DNA of 64,000 nt from a virus. This document shows positions 41,887 to 50,078 of this stretch, piece after piece (the stretch's first letter is position 1; each line of letters begins with the position of its first letter). The DNA lies in IMG/VR virus record IMGVR_UViG_3300021185_001264, positions 2,784 to 66,783 of that record; one strand, given 5' to 3'. The position numbers and the translations under genes are program-made. The notes beneath the pieces are model-generated. The model was not told the DNA's origin, searched no databases, and worked only from the letters and a program-made list of their open reading frames with translations.

Positions 41887-42594
41887 ATGGCATTACCAAA
41901 AATTGATCAACCACTATTTGAACTTGAGATCCCGTCAACGGGCAAAAAGGCGAAATACAGACCCTTTACTGTTAAAGAGGAAAAAATTCTTCTGATTGCA
42001 CAAGAATCAAAAGACATGGATCAGATCATCTTATCAATCAAACAAGTAATCAACAACTGCATGCCAGAGATTGGCGTGGATACATTATCAGTGTTTGATT
42101 TAGAATATATCATCTTAAACATTAGAGCAAAGTCTGTTAATAACGAGATTGCATTTGGATTCGAAGATGAAGATACAGGAGAAAAAATCGATACAGTAAT
42201 CGATATAAATGAAGTCAAAGTTCAGTTTAACGATGAACACACTAAAAAGATCAATATTAACGATCAGTACTACATGATGATGCGATACCCTAGCTTAGAA
42301 GAAGTTAGGCAGATGCAGAATACAGAAGAAGGTTCTACAGAGCAAATGTTCACTACAATGATTTCGTGTATCGATACTCTAGTAGATGAATCATCTGATG
42401 AAGTGTTTAAGTTATCAGACTTTTCCGATGAAGAGGTTTCAGATTTTGTGGATGGATTCACTAGTTCAGTAGTAGAAGATATTCAAAAGTTCTACGTAAC
42501 TATGCCTAAACTAAAACACACGATTGACTATAAAGACAATAAAGGCAAGAAGAAACAATTTGTAGTGGAGGGTATGGACTCTTTTTTTACATAA
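41887..42594 (+). CDS. gp26: Baseplate hub assembly protein gp26
   Basis: MALPKI..P...L.IPSTG....YRPF.VKEEK.LL.A, FDLEYI.L.IRAKSV, MPKL, EG..SFF. Confidence 0.88.
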   Translation: MALPKIDQPLFELEIPSTGKKAKYRPFTVKEEKILLIAQESKDMDQIILSIKQVINNCMPEIGVDTLSVFDLEYIILNIRAKSVNNEIAFGFEDEDTGEKIDTVIDINEVKVQFNDEHTKKININDQYYMMMRYPSLEEVRQMQNTEEGSTEQMFTTMISCIDTLVDESSDEVFKLSDFSDEEVSDFVDGFTSSVVEDIQKFYVTMPKLKHTIDYKDNKGKKKQFVVEGMDSFFT

Positions 42595-42752
42595 TGTTGA
42601 GCCATAATAATCTTATGGCATACTACAAAAATGTGTTTTCATTGGCTCAACATCATAAATATAGCATAAGGGATATAGAAAACTTAATGCCTTATGAACG
42701 TGACTTGTATATGGATATGTTAATTGAATTTATAGAATCAACTAAACAATAA
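42594..42752 (+). CDS. gp51: Baseplate hub assembly catalyst gp51-like (52 aa; not in the ORF track)
   Basis: MLSHNNLMAYYKNVFSLAQHHKYSIRDIENLMPYERDLYMDMLIEFIESTKQ; ATG overlaps the gp26 stop (TAATG). Confidence 0.82.
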   Translation: MLSHNNLMAYYKNVFSLAQHHKYSIRDIENLMPYERDLYMDMLIEFIESTKQ

Positions 42753-42770
42753 ACATAGCTAGGAGCTAAC

Positions 42771-43088
42771 ATGGCAAAGAAATTACAAACCGGTTCTAAA
42801 TTAGAATCAGCAGACATGGACGGAGATGGCATCATCACTGATGCTGAATTAGATATGCAAGAACGTATGATTATGCTTGAGAATGAAGATAAGAAGCAGG
42901 ATGCACAACGAAACATGGCATGGTTTGCATTGTTCGGTATGCTGTTATACCCCTTTGCTGTGGTAATTGCATCACTAGTAGGACTTGATAATGCTGGTAA
43001 AATTTTAGGCGACATTGCACCCACATACTTTGTATCAGTTGCGGCTATCGTAGCGGCATTCTATGCAAAAGAAGCTATTGGTAAATAA
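42771..43088 (+). CDS. Small membrane protein with EF-hand-like loop (possible holin)
   Basis: GGAG RBS; DMDGDGIITDAE loop followed by two hydrophobic helices. Confidence 0.6.
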   Translation: MAKKLQTGSKLESADMDGDGIITDAELDMQERMIMLENEDKKQDAQRNMAWFALFGMLLYPFAVVIASLVGLDNAGKILGDIAPTYFVSVAAIVAAFYAKEAIGK

Positions 43089-43099
43089 GGTAAAGTAAG

Positions 43100-45517
43100 A
43101 TGGCTAGGAAACCACAAGTAGTAAATCTATCTAAAGAGACGCTGGATCAAATTACTCCAGCGTTACATTCTATGCGTGATTCCCTTAGAAATCAAACTAG
43201 ACTATTAACAGATACCTTTAACTTACAGACTAATGAACTCAGAGCGGCAGAGAGAAGAAGAAATCTAGCGCAATCCCAAGCAGACGAACAAGCGTCAGCC
43301 CTAGCGGCTGCGGCAAACACTTCTGCTAGTCCAGCAGTCGCTGGTGGTAGTGGAGGCGGTGGTGGTCTTGGAAAACTAGGTTTAGCTGGTATGGCAGGAT
43401 TAGGCGGTCTTGCTATGACAGCCATGAAGGGTGTTGGAGGTCTTGCATTACTTGGAGTAGCAATACCTACATTCTTTGGTGGTTTACTAGCTGGATCTGA
43501 AACATTAAGTTGGATGCAAGAAACGAAGGGAATGGATTTTGAGGGTCTGAAGACTGCGGCATTAGGATTCAGTGAAGTCATTCAAGTTATGGATCCTAAA
43601 GCGTTTGTGGCATTAGGTGCAATCACTGCAATAGGAGCAGTCGGAGGCACTAGTGGTGCTATCGGGTTAGGCACAATGGGCTTTGCTATTAGTGCTTTTC
43701 TTGGCGGTCTATTAGCAGGCGATCTTATATTCGCAGGAGTCACAGCATTAGGTGGATCATTAGACTTTGGAGCCATAGGTAAAGCAGTTACCGGTGTCGG
43801 GACTATCTTTAACGGTCTAGATACGAAAGGACTAGTTGTATTAGGTACACTCTTAGGAGGTGCAACATTAGCGTCTGCGTTTGGCGGAGGTAAATCAGCG
43901 GCTAAAGGACTCGCATTTATGGGTCTTGGCATTAGCGGTTTCTTAGCAGGTCTATTAGCAGGCGATCTTCTATTTGCAGGTGCAAGTGCCCTTGGAGCAA
44001 GTTTAGATTTTAATAACGTAAAGACTATGCTCACTGGTTTCTCTTCAGCTATAGGAGCATTGACTCTTCCTGCTGTAGCCGCACTAGGAGCCCTGATGAC
44101 AGGTGGTGCGATTGTTGGATATTCTCCACTGAAAGCAAAATCATTAGCTAAGGGTCTATTTGCGATTAGTGCAGGAATGGTAGCATTAATGGCAGGCTTT
44201 GCCGCTACTGATGTCGTTGGAGCAGGTGCTTTAGCACTAGGCGCAAGTGCCGACTTCAGCAACGTACAGAAATTGATGACAGGATTCTCTGCGGCTGTTG
44301 GATCACTAGACACTAAATCTGTTGCTACACTAGGCGGTCTGTTAGTCGCAGGTGGAGCATTGGGCGCAATAACAACTGAAAAAATGAAAGCTAAGTTTGT
44401 TTTAGGAGCTGGAGCTTTAGCCGCATCGATTGTAGCGTTCATGGGTGCATTTGCTGTAGGAGATGCAGGTGTTGCCGCATTAGGAGCAGATGGTTCATCA
44501 ATTGCTACACTCGTTAGTAATTTTGGATTAGCGATTGACTCTCTCAGTGATAAATCAATTAAAACTCTAGGCGCACTAGTCGGTGTAGGTGGAGTTTTAG
44601 GAGCAGTAACAGCCGCAACAGGCGGAGTAGGCGCCGCTGTGTTTGCAGGTATACCAGCATTAGGTGCATCGATTGCCGCATTCTTCTTAGCGTTTGAAGG
44701 AATAGCCGCTGTTGGCGACATAATAGGACTGGACGGATCAAAAACAAAAGCTCTATTAATGAATTTTGGCGAAGGAATTGGGGCACTTACTGGCTTAGAT
44801 ATGGCTAATGCTGAAAAGGTTGGAGCAGGGTTAACATCTCTAGCCGCAGGCATGACAGCATTCTTTGCCGCTAAAGCAATAGGCGGAGTAGTCGATTTCT
44901 TTGGAGGAGTCAAAGCCGCATTCAAAAATTCTTGGAACTGGTTATGGGGTACCGACTCTGAAACAAAGAGTCCATTTCAAGGAATGCTTGACGCTCTAGA
45001 GCCACTTAAGAGTTTAGATGATGCTATTATAACTAAGATGGATAAATTTGGCGTTGCAATTGATAACTTCGTCGGTAGTTTTGAAGGATTAAAGAACATT
45101 GATGCTTCTGCTGGCTCTGCGGCTTTAGGAAGAATCATTGCAGATGTCGGAGCTGTTCTGGCGATGATGGACACTCTCATGAAGGGTGGCACATATGATA
45201 CCGGTACTGGTCCAGCATTCAGACTGTTTGGCAATAAAAGAGGACTTATAGACTTTGGTCCAGGCTTAGATAGCTTGGATGAGCCAACTCTAGCTAGATT
45301 AACTACAGGTGTAGATAACTTACGTGGCGCACTCGGTAGAAGCCAAGCAACAGATCAGGCTGCTGTCGATTCCGCATCAAGAGAGGCTGCCGCAGTTGCC
45401 GCACAAGTAAATGTAGGACCAACTACTGTAATAAATCAAGGCGGTAGTCAAAGAACAACACTAGTAACAGCTAATCCAAAAGTATCTGCTCAAATGTCAT
45501 TCGCAGGTGGATTCTAG
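43100..45517 (+). CDS. Tape-measure-like / hub protein
   Basis: 805 aa, Ala/Gly/Leu-rich with internal repeats of about 81 aa; downstream of gp26/gp51. Confidence 0.6.
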   Translation: MARKPQVVNLSKETLDQITPALHSMRDSLRNQTRLLTDTFNLQTNELRAAERRRNLAQSQADEQASALAAAANTSASPAVAGGSGGGGGLGKLGLAGMAGLGGLAMTAMKGVGGLALLGVAIPTFFGGLLAGSETLSWMQETKGMDFEGLKTAALGFSEVIQVMDPKAFVALGAITAIGAVGGTSGAIGLGTMGFAISAFLGGLLAGDLIFAGVTALGGSLDFGAIGKAVTGVGTIFNGLDTKGLVVLGTLLGGATLASAFGGGKSAAKGLAFMGLGISGFLAGLLAGDLLFAGASALGASLDFNNVKTMLTGFSSAIGALTLPAVAALGALMTGGAIVGYSPLKAKSLAKGLFAISAGMVALMAGFAATDVVGAGALALGASADFSNVQKLMTGFSAAVGSLDTKSVATLGGLLVAGGALGAITTEKMKAKFVLGAGALAASIVAFMGAFAVGDAGVAALGADGSSIATLVSNFGLAIDSLSDKSIKTLGALVGVGGVLGAVTAATGGVGAAVFAGIPALGASIAAFFLAFEGIAAVGDIIGLDGSKTKALLMNFGEGIGALTGLDMANAEKVGAGLTSLAAGMTAFFAAKAIGGVVDFFGGVKAAFKNSWNWLWGTDSETKSPFQGMLDALEPLKSLDDAIITKMDKFGVAIDNFVGSFEGLKNIDASAGSAALGRIIADVGAVLAMMDTLMKGGTYDTGTGPAFRLFGNKRGLIDFGPGLDSLDEPTLARLTTGVDNLRGALGRSQATDQAAVDSASREAAAVAAQVNVGPTTVINQGGSQRTTLVTANPKVSAQMSFAGGF

Positions 45518-45522
45518 ACAAT

Positions 45523-45556
45523 AAAAAAGGCGACTCACATTTCTGCAAGTCGCCTT
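45523..45556 (-). terminator. Intrinsic terminator after gp32 (possibly bidirectional)
   Basis: Inverted repeat AAGGCGACT/AGTCGCCTT with an A-run on + (U-tract on -), between convergent genes. Confidence 0.75.
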
Positions 45557-45579
45557 AGTCGCTTCAACTATTAATCAGA

Positions 45580-46515
45580 TTAATTGTCTTCAGCTAGGCT
45601 CTTGAAGAAATCCAGTGATTCATCATCACCGTTATCACTAGCAAGAGTTGGAGATGGAGATGCTTCCTGTTCTGGAGCAGAACGCTCCTTGAAATTAGGA
45701 GAGAATCCCATCCCCGCATTGTCGTCCTCAGCGGTTACTTTGGGTGCGTGTGCACCGCCATCAAGTCCTAGAACCTTATACAGTTTTGCTTTCAGTTCAT
45801 CATAAGATTTGAAGTTTTTAGGATCAACAATATCGGAAAGGGAATGTTGCTTGCCCCAAGTTTCTTCAAGTGCTTCATCAGTGAGTTCTGAACCATCTGC
45901 ACCAGATAGAACACTTACACTGTCGAATTCAGACTTATCATAGTTACGATAGCCTTCTACTTGACGAATTTTTAACTTGAAGTCAGCACCTTCCCAAAAG
46001 TCAAATGGATTGATAGGCGATTCATCATCATATTGAGGATTCATCGCATCGTTTAGTTTGTCAAAGATTTTCTTACCAAACTTATAAAGATACACTTGAC
46101 CTTCCGTTGAAGGGTTTGCACTATCTTTAACAACATAGATGTTTGCAATGTAGTTCAGCCTACGCTTCTGCTTACGTGCAACTTCTTTGTCCTCATCGTG
46201 ACCAGAATTCCACAGCTTAGAGTTATACTCTGAAACTGGATCGTCCTGACTAAGAGTGGTGAGAGAGTTTTCTATGTACCAACCACCTGGTCCTTGAAAT
46301 CCATGATCCCACATTCTTACGAATGGCATGTCTTCACCTGAAGGTGCTGGAAGAAAACGAATAACAGCGTAGCCGTTACCTGCTTTATCTACTGTTGGTT
46401 TCCAAAAGCGATCATCGCCTTTGTTACCTGTAGAATTCATCTTCTGGAGTTGAGAATTCAACTTATCGAAAGATGATGTACGTGCCTTTTTAAGGGCTGA
46501 AAAAGATTGTGTCAT
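45580..46515 (-). CDS. gp32: Single-stranded DNA-binding protein gp32
   Basis: DDRFWKP..DKAGNGYAVIRFLP, HGFQGPGGWYIENSLTT, PFDFWEGA.FKLKI, NYDKSEF; acidic tail. Confidence 0.96.
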   Translation of the reverse strand: MTQSFSALKKARTSSFDKLNSQLQKMNSTGNKGDDRFWKPTVDKAGNGYAVIRFLPAPSGEDMPFVRMWDHGFQGPGGWYIENSLTTLSQDDPVSEYNSKLWNSGHDEDKEVARKQKRRLNYIANIYVVKDSANPSTEGQVYLYKFGKKIFDKLNDAMNPQYDDESPINPFDFWEGADFKLKIRQVEGYRNYDKSEFDSVSVLSGADGSELTDEALEETWGKQHSLSDIVDPKNFKSYDELKAKLYKVLGLDGGAHAPKVTAEDDNAGMGFSPNFKERSAPEQEASPSPTLASDNGDDESLDFFKSLAEDN

Positions 46516-46570
46516 ATGCTTACTCCTGTGTATAGCGGTTTATATTACGATTTTATCGTTTTGTTTGTCT

Positions 46571-46599
46571 AGTATACTAGACTGCGTTGTATTTGTCAA
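46571..46599 (-). promoter_or_regulatory. Sigma70-type promoter for gp32
   Basis: TTGACA-N17-TATACT on the - strand. Confidence 0.7.
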
Positions 46600-47179
46600 G
46601 ACATATTTCACGCATTTTCACTTTATCATAATTTAAAAATGGTCCATATTTCTTAACAATCTTATTTATACTAGGGTAAACTATCGTATCATTGATGGAT
46701 TTATCCCAGTACTTGAAGCATCCTGTCAAGTCACTTAATATGACTAGAGTTTCGATGCTTATGCGCTTCATGTTAAAGAGTGACAATACACGAGGATACT
46801 GTCCATCTTCAACAATGAAGTTAGCATTAAAGTCTTCGTTCAATTCGTCTAGTTCATTACTAAACACATATCCCAAAGACTGTTGACGTTTCGACCATTC
46901 CATGAAAGTTTCATTTGCGGTGTCACTGTCAACTAAGTCTCCAATCCAAACGTCTGGATTGTTGACCATGTTAGCTAACAAAAATTCTTTATAGTCCTTT
47001 CGCTTTGCCAACTTAAAGAAGAAAAACTTATCTTTACGATTTTCAAATGCATCGATTCTGGCGTTAACCTTGCCGTTGTATTTGAAGTAATCATAGTTCG
47101 AACCAAAGTGCCGCTTCAAGGCTAGATAGCATATGTAAACGTCAAATGCGTCTTTAGTGCTATACAAGCTTTTCGTCAT
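46577..47179 (-). CDS. gp59: Helicase loader gp59
   Basis: Y..YLALK.HF...YDYFKY.GK......F..RKD..FF.KL; ISIETLVIL; KY.PFL. Confidence 0.88.
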   Translation of the reverse strand: MTKSLYSTKDAFDVYICYLALKRHFGSNYDYFKYNGKVNARIDAFENRKDKFFFFKLAKRKDYKEFLLANMVNNPDVWIGDLVDSDTANETFMEWSKRQQSLGYVFSNELDELNEDFNANFIVEDGQYPRVLSLFNMKRISIETLVILSDLTGCFKYWDKSINDTIVYPSINKIVKKYGPFLNYDKVKMREICLDKYNAV

Positions 47180-47370
47180 ACTGGCAACCTTGTAAGTTTC
47201 TCTACCATATTTAGTTCTTCGGCTTCTCTGTAAATCTTAGCTTTCAGAACTGGTGATCGTCTAATAATCTCGCCGACCACTTCTACTTCTAGTCCATACT
47301 TCTCTGCGTAATATATCACTGCATCGATGTAAGGCACTCCTTTAGAAATATTCTCTGCAATCTCTTTCAT
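47176..47370 (-). CDS. gp33: Late transcription coactivator gp33
   Basis: YIDAVI.Y.E...LE.E.V..II...LK.KI..EAE.LN; standard position upstream of gp59. Start uncertain. Confidence 0.8.
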   Translation of the reverse strand: MKEIAENISKGVPYIDAVIYYAEKYGLEVEVVGEIIRRSPVLKAKIYREAEELNMVEKLTRLPV

Positions 47371-47393
47371 GATTGTTTCAGAGTTTAATTCTT

Positions 47394-47582
47394 TTATAAG
47401 CCCAATGTTTTTGTTATCTGCGATTTTTTATGCTCCCTGCCCATCAAATAGGCTAATTGAAATATGTAAGCTTCACGCTTACTATCATTAATATAAGATT
47501 CTCCACCAAGAGAAACGTTTCCATTATCACTATCTATTACGACATTATACAAATCATCTTCAACATAAGAAATTTTAGCCAT
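47394..47582 (-). CDS. Hypothetical protein
   Basis: 62-aa ORF coupled to its neighbours. Confidence 0.55.
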   Translation of the reverse strand: MAKISYVEDDLYNVVIDSDNGNVSLGGESYINDSKREAYIFQLAYLMGREHKKSQITKTLGL

Positions 47583-47787
47583 TGAGTACCTTAATACCTA
47601 AAGCCCAGTTCTCAGCGGCATCTTCTACATAAGAAACATGCTTGTCTTCAAACATTTCTGTCTTGAATGGATTAGTATCTCCAATGCCCATAAAGTATCG
47701 AATACCATATGTGCCATCTTTAACTTCAAAGACTTCTGCTCTAGGACCTTCTGATCCTTCTTTGAAGTGAGTTGTAATGTGTTTCAT
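47575..47787 (-). CDS. Hypothetical protein
   Basis: 70 aa ending YVEDAAENWALG; consensus promoter upstream. Confidence 0.65.
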   Translation of the reverse strand: MKHITTHFKEGSEGPRAEVFEVKDGTYGIRYFMGIGDTNPFKTEMFEDKHVSYVEDAAENWALGIKVLNG

Positions 47788-47819
47788 CGTTAGTGATCCT
47801 TTGTTCTTTGTATGCGTCT

Positions 47820-47848
47820 ATTATAACATGCAATAGACGGTCTGTCAA
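47820..47848 (-). promoter_or_regulatory. Consensus sigma70 promoter
   Basis: Perfect TTGACA-N17-TATAAT on the - strand. Confidence 0.85.
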
Positions 47849-47851
47849 GTA

Positions 47852-48109
47852 TTATTTGACAGATTCTAAAAGGGCTTCGATCTCTTCTATCTCAGATACG
47901 ATTTCACTCATGTTCTGTTTGTGATAGATACGAGCCATCTTGCCTAAATATTTTTTGGGAATACCAACTTCATCTTCGAGTGAGATGATAGCTTCTTTTA
48001 CGAACTCACGTTCAGCTTCTTGTCGAAGATAGGAGTTACTAATCTCTTCCATACAGTCTTTGATCCGCTTGCGATCAGCTTCACTTGATGGGATTATAAT
48101 TGATGTCAT
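47852..48109 (-). CDS. T4 DsbA-like double-stranded DNA-binding protein
   Basis: E.S....R.EAE....KE......E.GIP.K...KMAR.YHKQ. Start re-assigned to the ATG at 48109 (GAGG RBS; promoter TTGACA-N17-TATTAT at 48141-48169). Confidence 0.7.
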   Translation of the reverse strand: MTSIIIPSSEADRKRIKDCMEEISNSYLRQEAEREFVKEAIISLEDEVGIPKKYLGKMARIYHKQNMSEIVSEIEEIEALLESVK

Positions 48110-48180
48110 ACTATACCTCATATTGATTAAATGAGTGATCATAATAACAGATGTTGATGTCTCTGTCAATACATTTTGTC

Positions 48181-48206
48181 AAAAGAGGCGAAATTAATCG
48201 CCTCTC
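48181..48206 (-). terminator. Intrinsic terminator
   Basis: AGAGGCGA/TCGCCTCT inverted repeat with T-tract on -, downstream of the 122-aa ORF. Confidence 0.7.
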
Positions 48207-48232
48207 TTTATTTCGTAATCCTTGTGGGATTA

Positions 48233-48601
48233 TTAGAAGCTAAATGTAGCACCGATGTGAATCTCTTCACGTGCTGTTGCTTCTAGGTTGTACTTTGTCT
48301 TTGCATAGTACTCTACAGAATCCATTGAGCCCATAGTATAGTTTAATTCGAACTCAAGCGTAGGCATAACTTCGATAGTGTTATCTGCTACCAATTCGTT
48401 ATCCCATATTGCCAACTCTGTGCTTGTTACAAAGTTCAAGCCTTCAGTTGGCGTAAATGTCAACGCCGGTTCGATGTCAACTGTCATGCGAGCCGCATCT
48501 ACAGCATAGTTAGCGTCTATTTCACCACCAAATGACCACATAGAGTCTGCATATGCAGTAGTTGCTGTTAATGCCGCAACTGTTGCGATTACGAGTTTCA
48601 T
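48233..48601 (-). CDS. Small secreted outer-membrane beta-strand (porin-like) protein
   Basis: Signal peptide ending AYA, alternating amphipathic strands, C-terminal HIGATFSF (terminal Phe). Confidence 0.65.
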   Translation of the reverse strand: MKLVIATVAALTATTAYADSMWSFGGEIDANYAVDAARMTVDIEPALTFTPTEGLNFVTSTELAIWDNELVADNTIEVMPTLEFELNYTMGSMDSVEYYAKTKYNLEATAREEIHIGATFSF

Positions 48602-48629
48602 TAGATTTCCTTTCTTATAATTGAAACTT

Positions 48630-48950
48630 GGTCCGGCATTTTCTGTTCCAAGGCAAGCCGGTCAGCCCGTCAAATTTACGCCGCTAGTGCGTAGTCTGAA
48701 GATACAAAGTTATCGTTTGCATTTAGTTTGGTTTCTTGCGTTAACGGAGCTTGCGCCCGGATTCTCCACTTCTCTGCCCTGTCAGTCGATTCCTACTTCA
48801 GCCCCATCAAAAATACATTGTCTTGGACCCTTGCGAGGTCTGCGTCTCTGCAAAGACACCTTATTGCAGTAAGGCGCAATGTACTTTTGGTGGAGCTGTC
48901 GGGAGTCGCACCCGAGTCCTGTCCAGTATTAATCCGCTTCAACGAATCAT
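48630..48950 (-). ncRNA. ssrA: Circularly permuted (two-piece) tmRNA
   Basis: On -: T-arm and acceptor 3' strand TCGGG-TGCGACT-CCCGA-CAGCTCC-A-CCA (ends 48888) comes first, then an 82-nt spacer, then GGGGCTG (starts 48805), which pairs with CAGCTCC including G3:U70. Tag ORF 48720-48676 encodes ANDNFVSSDYALAA*. Outer ends approximate. Confidence 0.93.
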
Positions 48951-48953
48951 TAG

Positions 48954-48991
48954 TATTTATACACTATACGCTATTTTTGAATGGATGTCAA
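48954..48991 (-). promoter_or_regulatory. Tandem sigma70 and late promoters for the tmRNA
   Basis: TTGACA-N17-TATAGT (48991-48963) followed by TATAAATA (48961-48954). Confidence 0.75.
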
Positions 48992-48994
48992 GAA

Positions 48995-49117
48995 CTAAAT
49001 TAAGAAATAGTAACCTAAAAACAACAATAATAGCCATATTAGTCCTTTGATAAGAAAGAAGGCAAAAACACCCCATGCAAGAACCTTAGGAGTAATTAAT
49101 GCCTTCAATCTTTTCAT
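48995..49117 (-). CDS. 40-aa single-pass membrane peptide (not in the ORF track)
   Basis: MKRLKALITPKVLAWGVFAFFLIKGLIWLLLLFLGYYFLI; starts 1 nt after the transporter stop. Confidence 0.6.
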   Translation of the reverse strand: MKRLKALITPKVLAWGVFAFFLIKGLIWLLLLFLGYYFLI

Positions 49118-49118
49118 A

Positions 49119-50078
49119 TTATAATCCGTTTGGTATTAGTACGTAATGTATAGTCAGAACTATGGCAACTGAAGCACCTAGTCCAATCATCATCTTCTGA
49201 AAGTCTCTTGCCACTAACGGGAATACAGATTTCATTTTCATCTTACCTGTAAAAGTTGCGATAGCGAGTTCACGACCAGCAAGCATACCTACGAAGACCC
49301 ACGTAGTTGACATAGGAATGTCGTTGAGTTCTTTGAAGAAATACAGGCATAACCAATAGAACAGGTCGATTAAAGTCGCACTACGGACATATCTTGTGTT
49401 ATGCTTCTCTAGTACAATCTGTTGTATCTTGCCACCACGCTCTCTGAACATGAAGAAAAGACCCACAACAAACACACATGATATTAGCATCATTAGATCA
49501 ACTGGTACGACACGTGGTAGAAACACAGCAATATTAGCCATGTCATGCGACAGCCAAGTCCACCAGAGTCCACCTGTTGCGAACCACTGCGCTATTCGCC
49601 AATAGTTTTTGTTCTTCTCTTGCACTGGTTCTGCTTCATCAAGTGTACGTGATACAACGTACCACACACCGTATGCGAACAGAGCGGCAATACCATAACC
49701 CATGATGCTCTTCATCAACATCTTTTCTAGCACAAAAGTACTCGCAAAAGCACTCAACACTAAAAAGGATGTTGATACTGGTACACCAAGTCTGGTAAGT
49801 AGTACGAGTATTCCTGGTGCGGCGGCATGATACCACTGAACTTCTTGCCAGGGAATCTTATTCAATCGACCATAGCTGATGTCTCCACCGTTTACAGTCC
49901 AACCATACCATAGTGTCGCTAGTAATACAGCACTTGCGGCTGCCCACATAGTCTTGTAATTGAATCGCTCATTGTTTGATGCCATCCAAGTGCCGAGCGT
50001 CTGCACTGAATCATTTGCAATCACCGCATAAGCGGCAAAAAGGAACCCAATAAGGCTCCAGGTAGTTAGTAGTTCCAT
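49119..50078 (-). CDS. Multi-pass membrane protein, PiT (phosphate/anion transporter)-like
   Basis: Duplicated motifs IANDSVQT / SHDMANIA and PVSTS / PMSTT resemble the PiT GANDVAN and PVSTT signatures; AAGGAG RBS. Confidence 0.65.
   Translation of the reverse strand: MELLTTWSLIGFLFAAYAVIANDSVQTLGTWMASNNERFNYKTMWAAASAVLLATLWYGWTVNGGDISYGRLNKIPWQEVQWYHAAAPGILVLLTRLGVPVSTSFLVLSAFASTFVLEKMLMKSIMGYGIAALFAYGVWYVVSRTLDEAEPVQEKNKNYWRIAQWFATGGLWWTWLSHDMANIAVFLPRVVPVDLMMLISCVFVVGLFFMFRERGGKIQQIVLEKHNTRYVRSATLIDLFYWLCLYFFKELNDIPMSTTWVFVGMLAGRELAIATFTGKMKMKSVFPLVARDFQKMMIGLGASVAIVLTIHYVLIPNGL

Noticed and set aside
42692-43024. 110-aa minus-strand ORF
   Set aside because: Antisense to gp51 and to the 105-aa + gene, which has a good RBS.
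43192-45234. Long minus-strand ORFs (129, 447, 85 aa) rich in Pro/Ala
   Set aside because: Mirror of Gly/Ala codons in the 805-aa + strand gene; no independent coding evidence.
48888-48925. Possible tRNA-Ala or integration-site fragment
   Set aside because: No anticodon arm; it is the acceptor piece of the permuted tmRNA, whose partner strand lies downstream.
48621-49050. Three overlapping + strand ORFs (83, 91, 99 aa)
   Set aside because: They lie antisense to the tmRNA and its promoters and have no protein-like features.
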